Source: a virus | Lineage: Duplodnaviria > Heunggongvirae > Uroviricota > Caudoviricetes | Virus record (IMG/VR): IMGVR_UViG_3300017989_002952 | Span: 1-18,890 of that record | Reading direction: 5' to 3' (one strand) | Length of the DNA: 18,890 nt | Shown: positions 1 to 11,181 of the stretch, one piece after another | Layout of the letters: every line of letters begins with the position of its first letter | Position numbering within the stretch: the first letter of the stretch is position 1 | The notes under the pieces: model-generated | The model's input: the letters and a program-made list of their open reading frames with translations, nothing else | Told to the model about the DNA's origin: nothing | Database searches by the model: none | Program-made: the position numbers and the translations under genes

Positions 1-1
1 A

Positions 2-3000
2 GCATTTGTGAGATCTGGAAATACAATGTACTGTTACATTGATGGAGTGAGACAAGACGCTGGACAAACATTCACAGGCACAGTTTATAATAATTCTAGC
101 GAATACATGTACGTCGGTGCACTGTATTACAATAGTGCAACATCTGATCACCTCAAAGGTTATTTGGACGAACTTAGAATTTCAGTGGGAACCGATAGAG
201 GTTGGACAGGTTCTACTATTACAGTTCCGACTTCTCCTTATGATGAGTTGACTTGGAATGATTTTGTGGTTTCAAGTGTTTCTGCAGACTTGACAATCGG
301 TCATGTTGAGTTGCTTGCAACGACTACAACTGTACAATCAAACGTGGCAGACGCCACTCTAGAACTTGGTGAGGCTGCAGATCTTTCAGGAACGATATCT
401 TTTAGTTCAACAACTAGCTCATTTATGATTCTCGGCACTACAGAAGTATTGTCAGCTACGGTTAATATAACTTCAGAAGTGGATGCAGAGCTGGCAGCAG
501 GTTTGTTAGAATCTCTGTCTGCTACAATTAACGTTGTGTCTAATCTCACTGCAGCTGTATTAACAATTGGTATCGCAACGCCGTTGTCTGCAACTTGTGC
601 AGTCATCTCGAATACATTTGCTAACTTAGAACTTGGTGTTGACGTACCCCTGTCTGGAACCGTAGGCATAACAAGTGAAGTAGATGCGGAAATTGAACTT
701 GGTATTGTTGAGATCTTAGCATCTACAGGTCCAATCACATCGGTTGTGACAGATACAGATTTAACTCTTGGTATTACAGAGGATTTGACATCCACACCAG
801 GAATTACAACAGAAGTTGATGCATTTATTGACCTGGGTGTTTCTGAACAACTCTCTGCAACTACAAATGCAGTAGTGTTAACAACTGCCTCGATCGCGCT
901 TGGTGTGGTTGAGATTCTTGCTTCATCTGCAACCAACACATCTGTCACAGTTGGTTCTCTACAATTAGGACAGGGTGAAGATCTAGCAGGACCTTGTAAT
1001 ATCACAACAGAATGTGATGGTCTTCTCTCAATCGGTATTGCTGAGATCTTAGCATCAACATCTATTGGTACAGCTGTTGCTACTGCTAATTTGGGTTTTG
1101 GTGTAACAGAACCTCTAGAACATACGTTGTTTAGTGATGTGATCACAGGTGGTAATGATTCATATACAAAACTACTCCTCCACTTAGATGCTGACAGAGG
1201 AAATACGGGACACGCAATATACAACAATGGAAATGTAGTCCTTGATGCATCTACTATGAAGTTTGGTTCTGGTAGTTATGACTTTGATGGAAGTTCTTGT
1301 ATCGATGTTGTAGATCATGCTGACTGGGATTTTGCTTCAGGTAATTTTGTAATAGATGCATGGATCAAAACTGCTTCAGGATCTACAAGAACAATCGTTG
1401 GTCAGAATATCTCAGGTGGTGCTGACATATGGCACTGGAAATTGAAGAGTGATAATTCTCTCCAATTTGGTATAAGAGTAAGTAGTAGTTGGACCTTTAT
1501 CTTTAATCCAACGGGAACAACTGTTCCTAGTGATACATGGAGTCATGTAGCTGTTGTTAGAAGTGGTAATACATGGAACATGTACATTGATGGAACGAGA
1601 GTTGGACAAACTACATACTCTGGAAGTGTTCCAAATATCTCCGGACAACCCATGAGAATTGGTAGAGTATACGGTGAGCCAGACTTTGATGGTCAGATGG
1701 ACGAGTTCCGTATTTCTAAGGGAACTGATAGAGGTTGGACAGGAACATCATTTACTCCAGCAACTAGTGAATGGTCTTCAGACTCATATACAAAACTCTT
1801 GCTTCATATGAATGCTGATGACTCGGGTGAGAATCACAATGTTACATTATATGGTGATACAGCGCCTGCGCCAGGAAATACAAAATGGAACGGAGCATTC
1901 TACTTTGATGGGACTGGTGATTACATGACAGTTCCTGATAGTGATGACTGGGATTTATTTGGTGGAGATTTTGTTATAGATGCTCAACTAAATTTTGACG
2001 ACTACTCTAGTCATAGAGGAATTATAGGTCAGTATGTAGATGGTAACAACCAATGGGGTCTCTATTTACAATCAACTGGTGTTCTAGTTCTGTATGGAAT
2101 TAACGGCAGTACAAAATTCCATTATGAAGCATCATTTACAACTACAGGTTCATATGTGCATATAGCTATCGTAAAATCAGGTAGTAATTGCTACATGTTC
2201 GCAAATGGTTCTGCCCTCTCAGTTACCGCATATACGGCATTCAGCGCTATGAGCAATCTAGCTACTCCACTACAAATTGGAAGATATAGAACTTCTGATT
2301 ATATGAAGGGACATATTGACGAACTTCGTATTTCAAAAGGAACTGATAGAGGTTGGACAAGTAGCTTTACCGCACCACCCTCTCCATATGATGATTCAGA
2401 AGAGCAACAAGTAAGTTCTTGGTTAGTACAATCAGTTGTAGCTGGTGATATCACTCTTGGTGTTATTGAAGTGTTAACTGCTGAGTGTGTATGTTGGACT
2501 TCTATTTCTGGAAGTATAGCTCTTGGTGTTGTAGAAATTCTCGCATCTTCATCGACGACCGCATCTGTGGTTGATGCTGATCTTCATCTTGGTGAAGAGG
2601 TAGATGTGAGTGGTCCCTGTGCAGTTGTATCCAATGTAGCTGATACAACATTAACTCTCGGAACAACTGAGCTGCTTGCTTCAACAGCAGGATACGGAAA
2701 TGGTGCTCAAGCAGAATCTACAACAGCTGGTCTGTTATCAGTCGGTCTTGTTGAAATTCTTGCTGCGACATCTGTATACACTTCAATTGTACAAGCTGAT
2801 TTAATTATTGGTATTGATGAAGAATTAACTTCAACACCTCTAGCACAATCATCTACTAGTGGTGTATTGACTCTTGGTATTACAGAACCATTATCTGCTA
2901 CAAATGGAGTTGTTAGTGTCGTCAACGGTGACATAACTCTCGGCGCTGACGTTGTTGTTTCTTCTAGTGTTCTTGTACAAAGTGTTGCTAATGCAGGTCT

Positions 3001-5257
3001 TACACTTGGTGTATCTGAATCATTGTCAGCAACAGACAATGTTCAGAGCTCATTACAAGCAACTTTAGTTCTTGGTCTTACAGAAGTCTTAACAGCTACA
3101 ACCAATATTGTATCTGTAACCACTAGTGACCTTACATTGGGTATTGTTTCTGATTTGACAGTCACTTGTGTGGTGGTTTCAACAACTGCTGCAGACATAA
3201 CTCTTGGTATTACAGAGGTGTTATCATCTACAATTAATTGTCAAACTGCTGTGGATGGCGGCCCACTACTAACTGGTGGTGCAGAAGAATTGTCATGTCA
3301 AGCACAAGTAGTATCTAACATAACTGCTACCCTAACACTCGGTATTTCAACAGTGTTATCTGGTTCAACATCTGTTGCATCAAATGTTGTATCATTTATT
3401 AATCTCGGTGTTTCTGAACCACTTACAGCCACTTCAACACTAGCTTCTAGTGCAACTGGTGATGTAACTCTTGGTGTTGATGTTGTCTTCACTGGTGGAG
3501 CGAATGCAGTTTCATCGACTGCTGGGGATCTATTCATTGGAGCATTTGAAATAGTTACTGCTTCGTCCTCTACAACCTCAACAGTGACTGGTTTATTATC
3601 ACTTGGTATTGTTGAAGTACTTGCATCAACTGGTCCAATTACTTCTAGTGTAGTTGCGGATCTAACACTTGGTGTTACAGAACCACTGTCAGCAACTACT
3701 ACCTCTACATCTGCTGTGACCGGTGATTTGAGTCTTGGTGCTGCTACAGAACTCACTTCAACTTGTGATGTTGTATCAGTAACTGCTGGTTCTATTGCTA
3801 CAGGTATTGTTGAGGTTCTTGGTTCAACTGCTATAACTGCATCTGTGGTTGATGCTGAGTTAACGCTTGGTATTACTGAATCTCTTAGTCATACAGCGGC
3901 TGGTGGGTTAGATGAAGATACTGTATTGCTACTCCACATGGATGACACGGGTTTAACAGACTCATCACAATATAGTCACACTGTTACAAAGAATAATCAA
4001 GTTGATAGAAGTGGTGCACATAGCGTATTTGGTGGCTACAGTGCAATATTTGATGGAACTGGTGATTATTTAACAGTGGGTGACAGCGATGATTGGGCTT
4101 ATGGAACTGGTGAATTTGTAATTGATATGAGAATTCGTTTTACCACAGTTCCAAGTGGTGGTTCATGGTGTAATATCGTAACCCAGAAAGAATCTGGTGG
4201 TTGGACTAACTATTTCCAACTATACTATGGTGATTCACAGAAATTCGGAGTTGATATATATGTTGGTGGGACACGTCATATAAACTTGTGGACCAACTTT
4301 ACTCCATCTGCTGATACATGGTATCATTTAGCACTGGTTAGAGATGGTAATGATTTTAGAATTTATGTAGATGGTACAGATAGAACAAGAACGGACACAG
4401 GAACTTATCAATGGTCTGGTTCTATTCCTAATTATAATGCTGATCTTTGGATCGGGTCTATAAACGGCGGATCAACAGCAAATGATTTTGACGGCTACAT
4501 AGATGAGCTTAGAATTTCTAAGGGTACAGATAGAGGTTGGACAAGCAACTTTACTCCACCAACTCAAGCATACTCAGCCGGTTACGTTATTTCATCAGTT
4601 GTAACTGGTGAACTGACCCTTGGAATAGATGTTGTACTCACAGGAACTTCAACAATAGTTTCCACTGCATCTGCTGGTGTCCTTGCTACAGGTATAGTTG
4701 AGGTCTTGGGTTCTTCTAATACGACTGTGTCAGTTGTTTCTGGTGAATTACAAACAGGCACTACAGAGGTCCTCTCATCTTCAATTAGTCTTATAAGTGT
4801 TGTAACTGACGCCGCATTAATTATTGGTGTTAATGAATTGCTTGCTTCAACAGCAATAACAACAGCAGCAACAGCAGGTGAATTAACACTTGGGGTTGGT
4901 TACTATATCTCTGGAACAGCGGAATGTGTATGCTCAGTAGATGCTGTAATGTTCTTCGGTGTGACAGAACTCCTTGGTTCTTCAATAATTTCTGTATCTT
5001 ACACAGTAGCGGAACTCGACACAGGTCTTACAGAACTCCTTGCATCTACTGTTATAACAGCATCAGTAGTTGACGCATGGCTGTACAGAGGTTCAGAAGA
5101 AATATTGGCTGGTTCAACAGTCATGACCTCAATAGTAACAGGGGTAATCGAAATAACTGCACTTGCATTGACAAATGCTGGAGGTCACGGGACAGTAGAA
5201 CATAACGTTGGAAGGTTTTCAGGAGGAAATATTTCACCAGCTCCAGAGGTAGAATAG
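2..5257 (+). CDS. Giant virion fibre/adhesin-like protein with 22-aa repeats and four LamG/ConA-like domains (5' truncated)
   Basis: The frame is open to the left edge (AFVRSGNTMYCYIDG is mid-domain), so the track's GTG at 8 is not the real start; stop TAG at 5255-5257. Lectin-like domains at about 2-250, 1148-1780, 1781-2395 and 3911-4580 carry HVAVVRSG/HLALVRDG, YIDG and DELRISKGTDRGWT motifs typical of phage LamG-like domains. They are separated by LxLGxxExL repeats. Confidence 0.85.
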   Translation, partial: AFVRSGNTMYCYIDGVRQDAGQTFTGTVYNNSSEYMYVGALYYNSATSDHLKGYLDELRISVGTDRGWTGSTITVPTSPYDELTWNDFVVSSVSADLTIGHVELLATTTTVQSNVADATLELGEAADLSGTISFSSTTSSFMILGTTEVLSATVNITSEVDAELAAGLLESLSATINVVSNLTAAVLTIGIATPLSATCAVISNTFANLELGVDVPLSGTVGITSEVDAEIELGIVEILASTGPITSVVTDTDLTLGITEDLTSTPGITTEVDAFIDLGVSEQLSATTNAVVLTTASIALGVVEILASSATNTSVTVGSLQLGQGEDLAGPCNITTECDGLLSIGIAEILASTSIGTAVATANLGFGVTEPLEHTLFSDVITGGNDSYTKLLLHLDADRGNTGHAIYNNGNVVLDASTMKFGSGSYDFDGSSCIDVVDHADWDFASGNFVIDAWIKTASGSTRTIVGQNISGGADIWHWKLKSDNSLQFGIRVSSSWTFIFNPTGTTVPSDTWSHVAVVRSGNTWNMYIDGTRVGQTTYSGSVPNISGQPMRIGRVYGEPDFDGQMDEFRISKGTDRGWTGTSFTPATSEWSSDSYTKLLLHMNADDSGENHNVTLYGDTAPAPGNTKWNGAFYFDGTGDYMTVPDSDDWDLFGGDFVIDAQLNFDDYSSHRGIIGQYVDGNNQWGLYLQSTGVLVLYGINGSTKFHYEASFTTTGSYVHIAIVKSGSNCYMFANGSALSVTAYTAFSAMSNLATPLQIGRYRTSDYMKGHIDELRISKGTDRGWTSSFTAPPSPYDDSEEQQVSSWLVQSVVAGDITLGVIEVLTAECVCWTSISGSIALGVVEILASSSTTASVVDADLHLGEEVDVSGPCAVVSNVADTTLTLGTTELLASTAGYGNGAQAESTTAGLLSVGLVEILAATSVYTSIVQADLIIGIDEELTSTPLAQSSTSGVLTLGITEPLSATNGVVSVVNGDITLGADVVVSSSVLVQSVANAGLTLGVSESLSATDNVQSSLQATLVLGLTEVLTATTNIVSVTTSDLTLGIVSDLTVTCVVVSTTAADITLGITEVLSSTINCQTAVDGGPLLTGGAEELSCQAQVVSNITATLTLGISTVLSGSTSVASNVVSFINLGVSEPLTATSTLASSATGDVTLGVDVVFTGGANAVSSTAGDLFIGAFEIVTASSSTTSTVTGLLSLGIVEVLASTGPITSSVVADLTLGVTEPLSATTTSTSAVTGDLSLGAATELTSTCDVVSVTAGSIATGIVEVLGSTAITASVVDAELTLGITESLSHTAAGGLDEDTVLLLHMDDTGLTDSSQYSHTVTKNNQVDRSGAHSVFGGYSAIFDGTGDYLTVGDSDDWAYGTGEFVIDMRIRFTTVPSGGSWCNIVTQKESGGWTNYFQLYYGDSQKFGVDIYVGGTRHINLWTNFTPSADTWYHLALVRDGNDFRIYVDGTDRTRTDTGTYQWSGSIPNYNADLWIGSINGGSTANDFDGYIDELRISKGTDRGWTSNFTPPTQAYSAGYVISSVVTGELTLGIDVVLTGTSTIVSTASAGVLATGIVEVLGSSNTTVSVVSGELQTGTTEVLSSSISLISVVTDAALIIGVNELLASTAITTAATAGELTLGVGYYISGTAECVCSVDAVMFFGVTELLGSSIISVSYTVAELDTGLTELLASTVITASVVDAWLYRGSEEILAGSTVMTSIVTGVIEITALALTNAGGHGTVEHNVGRFSGGNISPAPEVE

Positions 5258-8200
5258 TATGGCGAGAGATGATGTAGTTTTTCGTAATCGACTAAACGTA
5301 AAATGGCATCGTGATTTTAGAGCTTACCTTGTAAAATCTGATGTCAATACTGCGGTCGGTGCGGAACTCACACTTGGTACTACAGAGGTGTTGGAGGCGA
5401 CAGCTAGTGGTGTAGCTGCGGCTGTCGCCAATCTCACCCTTGGAGTAATTCATCCCATCTCAGGCGGTGTTATTTTAGCGTCCTCGACTGATGCTACATT
5501 AACACTCGGAGTGGTTGAAGTGCTCTCTGCATCCACATCCTTTACGTCCGAAGTAGACGGTTTTATAACTCTTGGTGTTGCTGTCGATCTCTCTGGTACA
5601 GCTTCTGCTATAACAAACATAACTGCGAGTCTCGAGTTTGGTGTTGTTGAGCTCCTTGGTGCTTCATCTTCTTCTGCATCAACAGTGGCATCTGAATTGA
5701 CTTTGGGCGTCACAGAGTTAATGACAACAACATCAGCAACCTCTTCGGAAGCCGATGCTCTATTAACTATCGGTGTATTTGAGCTTCTTGGGTCGTCCTC
5801 GACCACATCATCTGCAGTTGGTGGCGAGTTAATCCTTGGTATTACTGAGGAATTATCTGTGTCCGCTGGTGCTGTAGCTGACGCATCTGCTGATTTGAGT
5901 CTTGGAGCTGATACAGATCTTGAAGCAACTCATTTAGTTCAATCAAGCGTTCAAGCTTCTCTTGCTCTTGGTGTTGTTGAAGTTCTCGGTTCTTCATCCT
6001 CAACTGCATCTGTTATTGATGCTGGTCTCACATTGGGTATTGACGAGGTTTTATCAGCCTCTTCTGGTAGCAATTCTAATGTATCTGCGGACTTAACGCT
6101 AGGCGCAGACCAAGCTCTTTCCTCAACTGCTGTTATTGTATCGACGACTACAGCCTTATTAAGCCTTGGTGTTGTTGAAGTTCTCGGTTCTGCTGTAGTC
6201 ACCTCTTCCACAGTTGACGCTACCCTCACTCTTGGTATTGACGAAGTATTGTCTGCGACCATTACAGCACAATCTTCAATTAGTGCATTCTTAATTCTTG
6301 GTATAACAGAACCTCTAAGCGCCTCTACCGACTCCTCAACGTCTGTAACTGCTGATTTGACCATTGGTCACGTTGAACTTCTTGCTTCAACTGCTATCTC
6401 GGCTTCGGTTGTTGATGCTGATTTGGAGCTTGGTGCAGATACGGCCATTGGTGGTGGAGCTGCTGCTGGATCAGTTGTAACTGCTAATCTGTTTATTGGT
6501 CTGGTAGAGTTGCTTGGAGGTTCTGCTATCTCGGTGTCCATTACAGATGCAGAATTAACTCTTGGTATTGTTGAAGAACTATCAGCAACAACAGACCCAG
6601 AAGTCCAGATAAGTGGTATTGCAATACTTGGTACAACTGAACCTCTGTTCTCCGGTGTCGTGATTACAAGTGAATCTGATGCTCTCTTGGCAGTAGGTGT
6701 TGTTGAAATACTTGGTTCAACTGCTGTCACTTCTAGTACTGTAACTGGTGGTCTTGACCTTGGAGTTGTGACTTCCCTCTCCGCAACGGCGATTATACAG
6801 TCGTTCGTACAAACCCCTGTCTTGGTATTGGGTGTTACAGAACAACTGTCAGGGACGTCGTTTAGCTCGTCTGCTGCGGACGCAACAATAAGCACTGGAG
6901 TTATAGAAGTCCTCACAGCAGGATCTGCATGGGTATCTACCACATCCGCATCTGATTTAACTCTTGGACAGGGAGAAGACCTTACAAGTTCTCCGTTAGT
7001 CCAATCAGATGCAAATGCTTCTCTGCTACTTGGTGTTGCTGAGGATTTAAGTGCTACAACAGGTGGAACAAGCAATGTGACTGGGGAATTAACACTTGGT
7101 ATTGCAGTTGTGCTCTCTGCAACTTGTGCAGTCCAATCACTTGTTGATATTGCTACCCTCACAACTGGTGAGCCAGAATATCTCACGTCCACGTGTAGTA
7201 TCCAATCATCAACATTTGCTTCACTACTACTTGGTCAGGATGAGGTATTTACAGGAACCTCGACGATCCAATCAGACATACAAGGTCTCCTAATTACTGG
7301 TATTCTTGAGATACTAGCATCCAGTTCAATCTCAAATTCAGTTACAGTTTCTGACCTGGTTATTGGAACCGACGAAGTGTTAGAATCTACTCATTTGGTT
7401 ACGTCAAGTGTTAGTGGCTTCTTAATTCTTGGTGTTGATGTTCCATTATCAGGAACTATAAATGTACAATCTGCAACTATTTCTGATGCTGCTCTTGGTA
7501 TCAACGAATATATGTGGGGCGACTCTATTATTCAATCAGCTACTACAGTTGATCTCACATTAGGACATACTGAGAATTTAAAATCATATTGTGATCTACA
7601 GACAAATTGTGGTGGTCTGTTATCAGTAGGTGTTGTTGAAATACTCGCCTCTACAAATATAACATCATCCGCAACGGCTGCTGATTTAACTATAGGTATT
7701 GAGCATCCAATATCTGCTACCTCAGATTCTACTGCGAGCATAACTGCAATTCTAACATTGGGTGTTGAAACTGCAATTTCTGCAACTTGTGATGTTGTAA
7801 GTTATGCAGTTGCTGAACCTCTATGGTTGGGTGTAAGTGAGCTTCTCGCATCAACAAACATAACATCTTCAATAACAACTGCTGATCTAGGTCTTGGTGA
7901 ACCAGAACCATTATCTGCTACATGTAATGTTATATGTGAAGTAGATGCATTCGTCAATCTTGGTGTTGTTGAAGACTTGTCACACTCGCTTCTTGTTCAA
8001 TCTTATGTTGCACCTGCTGACACAGTGGTTGGTGGTCCAGTTTCTGTTAGTGCAATTAATGATGTTGAGTCGTATGCCATCGCCGACCTTGTAACAGGAG
8101 ATGCAGAAGAACTCTCTGGTAGTTGTACTATTACATCCGAAGCAGATTGTGGCATTTTCGTTCTACTTCTGGGAAATGGTTCCTCAAACCCAAAAGTGTT

Positions 8201-10580
8201 GGTCTATCCTTCTGAATTAACTCTCGGACAGGGTGAACTATTCTCAACATGGAACCCAGTTTATTCAAATGTTGTTGCCGATCTGAGTCTTGGTGGTGTT
8301 ATTGAGCTTACATCGATGCTCAAATGTAACGCAGTCTCAACATTGTCTGCACCACAGCTTATTACTGGAGAAGTTTTAGATCTCAGTTCTCAAGTTGACT
8401 GTACATCAGTAGTTCTAAATACTCTGGACCTTACTGTTGGTAATCTTGGTACAGGACTTTCAGAATCTGAGTCATACGCATGGGCAGTTGGTCTCTGGAT
8501 TGGAACTGTCGAGCAACTCTCTGCAACGGCATATCCTTCACCAAATGTCGCAACGACTGGTGTGTTGATTAATGCTGTTGACCTTAGCAGCACAGTATCA
8601 GCTGTTCTGACCATTACACCACTACTAGGGGTTGGTCCGGCGTTGTCTGCTGGAGCGGACGCAGTCTCTTCAGTAACAGCAGATCTAACAATCGGCGTCA
8701 TTACTGAATGTTCGGCTACTTGTGTGGTTGATTCTACAGCAGTAGCTGATACATTCGTGTTTGGTGCCCCTCAACAACTCGAAGCTACTTGTGATGTTGA
8801 ATCAAACACTGTTGCGTTCTTATTCACTGGAGAATTCGAGTTAATCTCAGCCACTTGTGACGTTCAGTCAAATGTTGGTGGTGCTTTACTAACAAACGTC
8901 CAAGAACTTTCAGCGGATTGTCAAGTAGACTCAACAGCGGTCGCTACGACATTGATCATACCAGGTGTTGGAGAAGACCTAGAAGGCTCTGCTAATGCTG
9001 TATCTTATGTTACAGGTGAACAGCTAATTATAGATTACATTGGTTTGTATGCATCTACAGATGTGACTTCAAATGTAGTTGCCAACCTCGAAATTGAACC
9101 AGAATTATCTGCTACAATCCTTGTCCAAAGTTATATCCCAACGCCGTATTTATGGACAGGAGAATCAGAGACTCTCGCAGGCACAATTTTAGTTCAATCA
9201 GATATATCTGATTGTGATCTAATACTTGGTGTTCTTGAACTTCTTGCTAGCTCGATCCTTGCTCCAGCAAGTTTTCCACCACCAGAGTTGACAATAGGAC
9301 AGACAGAGGATCTCGAATCTACACACTTCATTGAATCAATAGTGAGTTCCAACCTCACACTTGGAGTTTCTGAGGTTCTGACCAGTACAATCAATGTACA
9401 ATCGAATGTAACTGCTGATCTTGAACTTGGTATTGTTAGAGTCCTTGAATCCACAATTAATCTACAGTCAGTTGTAACGAACACTATCGACCTTGACATC
9501 GGACAAGTCGAGGTTATGGAAGGTAGTTGTTTTATCGAGAGTGTTGTTGATGACGGCTTGCTTGTTGGAGAACTCGAAGACTTATCCGCCACTTGTGATT
9601 GTATCTCAACTATAACGGCTGATATGTATGCGGGCGCTGTAGAACATATTACTAGCACGGTGTCCATCGTGTCAGTTGTAGGACCTGTAGATGTCGATTT
9701 TGGACAACCAGAAGACCTCTCAGGAACTGGTGGAATTCAATCTGTCATTACTGCTGCATTCACGCTAGGTGTAAGTGAGGGGCTTTCAGCAACTCAGGGT
9801 ATATACTCGACTGCAACTGCGACAACTCTAGACATTGGTGTTGCTGAGGTCCTTACATCAACTTGTCATATACAATCATTTGCAGAAGCACATCCGACTT
9901 ACGGAGTTGAAGAATCATTATCTGCTACAATATCTGTATCGTCTGATGTAGCAGACTCAACACTTATTCTCGGTGTTGTTACAGAACTTACAGCCACTGC
10001 AATTGCTGATTGCTTTGTAATTGGTTACTTAACAAGAGGTTACATTGGTTCTGCTTCTATTTATAGTGATGTTGCGGCAGACTTAACTATTGGAGCCGTT
10101 GAGGATCTCACTGGTACAGTTGCTTGTGATTCTACAGCAGTTGCAACAACGCTTGTGGTTGGTGGAGCAGAAGAGCTTACTGCCACTTGTTTTATCACAA
10201 CACAAATAGTTGATCCAGATCTCACATTTGGTGTTCCAGAAGAGCTTACTGCCACGGCTGTTTGTGATTCAACTGCAGTTGTTGCCACGATTGGTATTGA
10301 ATTTGAATGCAGAGGTGCTGCGTCTTGTGCTTCTTCAGTAGATGCGGACCTCATTCTTGGTATTATTACAGATCTTACAGCTACTTGTCAGATAGATTCA
10401 ACTGCTGTAGCTACAACTATCGATATTCCAGGTGTCGCAGAGCCAATGGAAGGTTCTGCTGACGCAACCTCAAATGTTGCTGCAACTCTTACACTTGGTT
10501 ATGAATTGGAGCAGCTGTCTGGAACTTGTGATTGTACATGCACTATAATTAACGCAGCAATTGAGATTGGTGTTGCCTTA
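281..10580 (+). repeat. Coding tandem repeat of about 22-23 aa, consensus ADLTLG(I/V)xExL(S/A)(A/S)Txxx(x)SxV, shared by both giant ORFs
   Basis: Visible throughout both translations. The exact 27-mer cttggtgttgttgaagttctcggttct occurs at 5967-5993 and 6165-6191, 198 nt (3 x 22 aa) apart. Confidence 0.9.
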
Positions 10581-11159
10581 GGCAGACGAAGAACTACTTA
10601 TGATTTACAATATTGGTTCGCAGAATATGTAAGAACCAGTAGAATGAACAAGGCAGAATTTTCTTTTACCGCAAAAGACAGGAGACACTTTCAACAAAAA
10701 TCATTTATAGAGTTATTATTTAATGATGAATATTCGGAGACTTCATATAGATATCTATACAGGGAGGAAACTGAAAGACACTTGTGGCCGGTGCCTGTTA
10801 GAACAAGATTGATGATTCGCCCAAGTTCAGCACAATTCTTTGTGTGTGATAATGATAGTACAGCAGTTTGTGATGTGAATTTGTATGGGTTAGGATCTGA
10901 TGATATTGTTATGCTTGACAGACTTCTTGTTTATCGATTGGAGCCACACAATGCAACTCTTGTAGGCCTTGATTATGAATCCTTAACTTCGACCTTGTCC
11001 AAACTGATTTATATGTATTTAGAGCTTAAATTGCATAATGATTGGTCGAGGTATGATCATGAATCTTTGATTTCAGCATCAACTGATTTATTGGAACAGA
11101 TGTATGAATCATACTTACAAGAGAACATTTTTAGAACCGTCGCAGAAAGAGGGATTTAA
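5259..11159 (+). CDS. 1966-aa repeat fibre-like structural protein with a ~190-aa non-repetitive C-terminal domain
   Basis: ATG lies 1 nt after the upstream stop. About 1750 aa are the 22-aa repeat, followed by a globular, aromatic-rich domain from about 10581. It sits directly upstream of the baseplate-like gene. Confidence 0.8.
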   Translation: MARDDVVFRNRLNVKWHRDFRAYLVKSDVNTAVGAELTLGTTEVLEATASGVAAAVANLTLGVIHPISGGVILASSTDATLTLGVVEVLSASTSFTSEVDGFITLGVAVDLSGTASAITNITASLEFGVVELLGASSSSASTVASELTLGVTELMTTTSATSSEADALLTIGVFELLGSSSTTSSAVGGELILGITEELSVSAGAVADASADLSLGADTDLEATHLVQSSVQASLALGVVEVLGSSSSTASVIDAGLTLGIDEVLSASSGSNSNVSADLTLGADQALSSTAVIVSTTTALLSLGVVEVLGSAVVTSSTVDATLTLGIDEVLSATITAQSSISAFLILGITEPLSASTDSSTSVTADLTIGHVELLASTAISASVVDADLELGADTAIGGGAAAGSVVTANLFIGLVELLGGSAISVSITDAELTLGIVEELSATTDPEVQISGIAILGTTEPLFSGVVITSESDALLAVGVVEILGSTAVTSSTVTGGLDLGVVTSLSATAIIQSFVQTPVLVLGVTEQLSGTSFSSSAADATISTGVIEVLTAGSAWVSTTSASDLTLGQGEDLTSSPLVQSDANASLLLGVAEDLSATTGGTSNVTGELTLGIAVVLSATCAVQSLVDIATLTTGEPEYLTSTCSIQSSTFASLLLGQDEVFTGTSTIQSDIQGLLITGILEILASSSISNSVTVSDLVIGTDEVLESTHLVTSSVSGFLILGVDVPLSGTINVQSATISDAALGINEYMWGDSIIQSATTVDLTLGHTENLKSYCDLQTNCGGLLSVGVVEILASTNITSSATAADLTIGIEHPISATSDSTASITAILTLGVETAISATCDVVSYAVAEPLWLGVSELLASTNITSSITTADLGLGEPEPLSATCNVICEVDAFVNLGVVEDLSHSLLVQSYVAPADTVVGGPVSVSAINDVESYAIADLVTGDAEELSGSCTITSEADCGIFVLLLGNGSSNPKVLVYPSELTLGQGELFSTWNPVYSNVVADLSLGGVIELTSMLKCNAVSTLSAPQLITGEVLDLSSQVDCTSVVLNTLDLTVGNLGTGLSESESYAWAVGLWIGTVEQLSATAYPSPNVATTGVLINAVDLSSTVSAVLTITPLLGVGPALSAGADAVSSVTADLTIGVITECSATCVVDSTAVADTFVFGAPQQLEATCDVESNTVAFLFTGEFELISATCDVQSNVGGALLTNVQELSADCQVDSTAVATTLIIPGVGEDLEGSANAVSYVTGEQLIIDYIGLYASTDVTSNVVANLEIEPELSATILVQSYIPTPYLWTGESETLAGTILVQSDISDCDLILGVLELLASSILAPASFPPPELTIGQTEDLESTHFIESIVSSNLTLGVSEVLTSTINVQSNVTADLELGIVRVLESTINLQSVVTNTIDLDIGQVEVMEGSCFIESVVDDGLLVGELEDLSATCDCISTITADMYAGAVEHITSTVSIVSVVGPVDVDFGQPEDLSGTGGIQSVITAAFTLGVSEGLSATQGIYSTATATTLDIGVAEVLTSTCHIQSFAEAHPTYGVEESLSATISVSSDVADSTLILGVVTELTATAIADCFVIGYLTRGYIGSASIYSDVAADLTIGAVEDLTGTVACDSTAVATTLVVGGAEELTATCFITTQIVDPDLTFGVPEELTATAVCDSTAVVATIGIEFECRGAASCASSVDADLILGIITDLTATCQIDSTAVATTIDIPGVAEPMEGSADATSNVAATLTLGYELEQLSGTCDCTCTIINAAIEIGVALGRRRTTYDLQYWFAEYVRTSRMNKAEFSFTAKDRRHFQQKSFIELLFNDEYSETSYRYLYREETERHLWPVPVRTRLMIRPSSAQFFVCDNDSTAVCDVNLYGLGSDDIVMLDRLLVYRLEPHNATLVGLDYESLTSTLSKLIYMYLELKLHNDWSRYDHESLISASTDLLEQMYESYLQENIFRTVAERGI

Positions 11160-11181
11160 ACCATAGAGAGGAGATAAAACC

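Noticed and set aside
5255-5275. Stop-codon recoding or read-through fusing the two giant ORFs
   Set aside because: The ORFs are in different frames, read-through of TAG meets TGA four codons later, and no gene in the window is fragmented.
301-10354. Many long minus-strand and off-frame ORFs overlapping the giant genes
   Set aside because: They are shadows of the repetitive, codon-biased + frame; they lack RBSs and give low-complexity translations.
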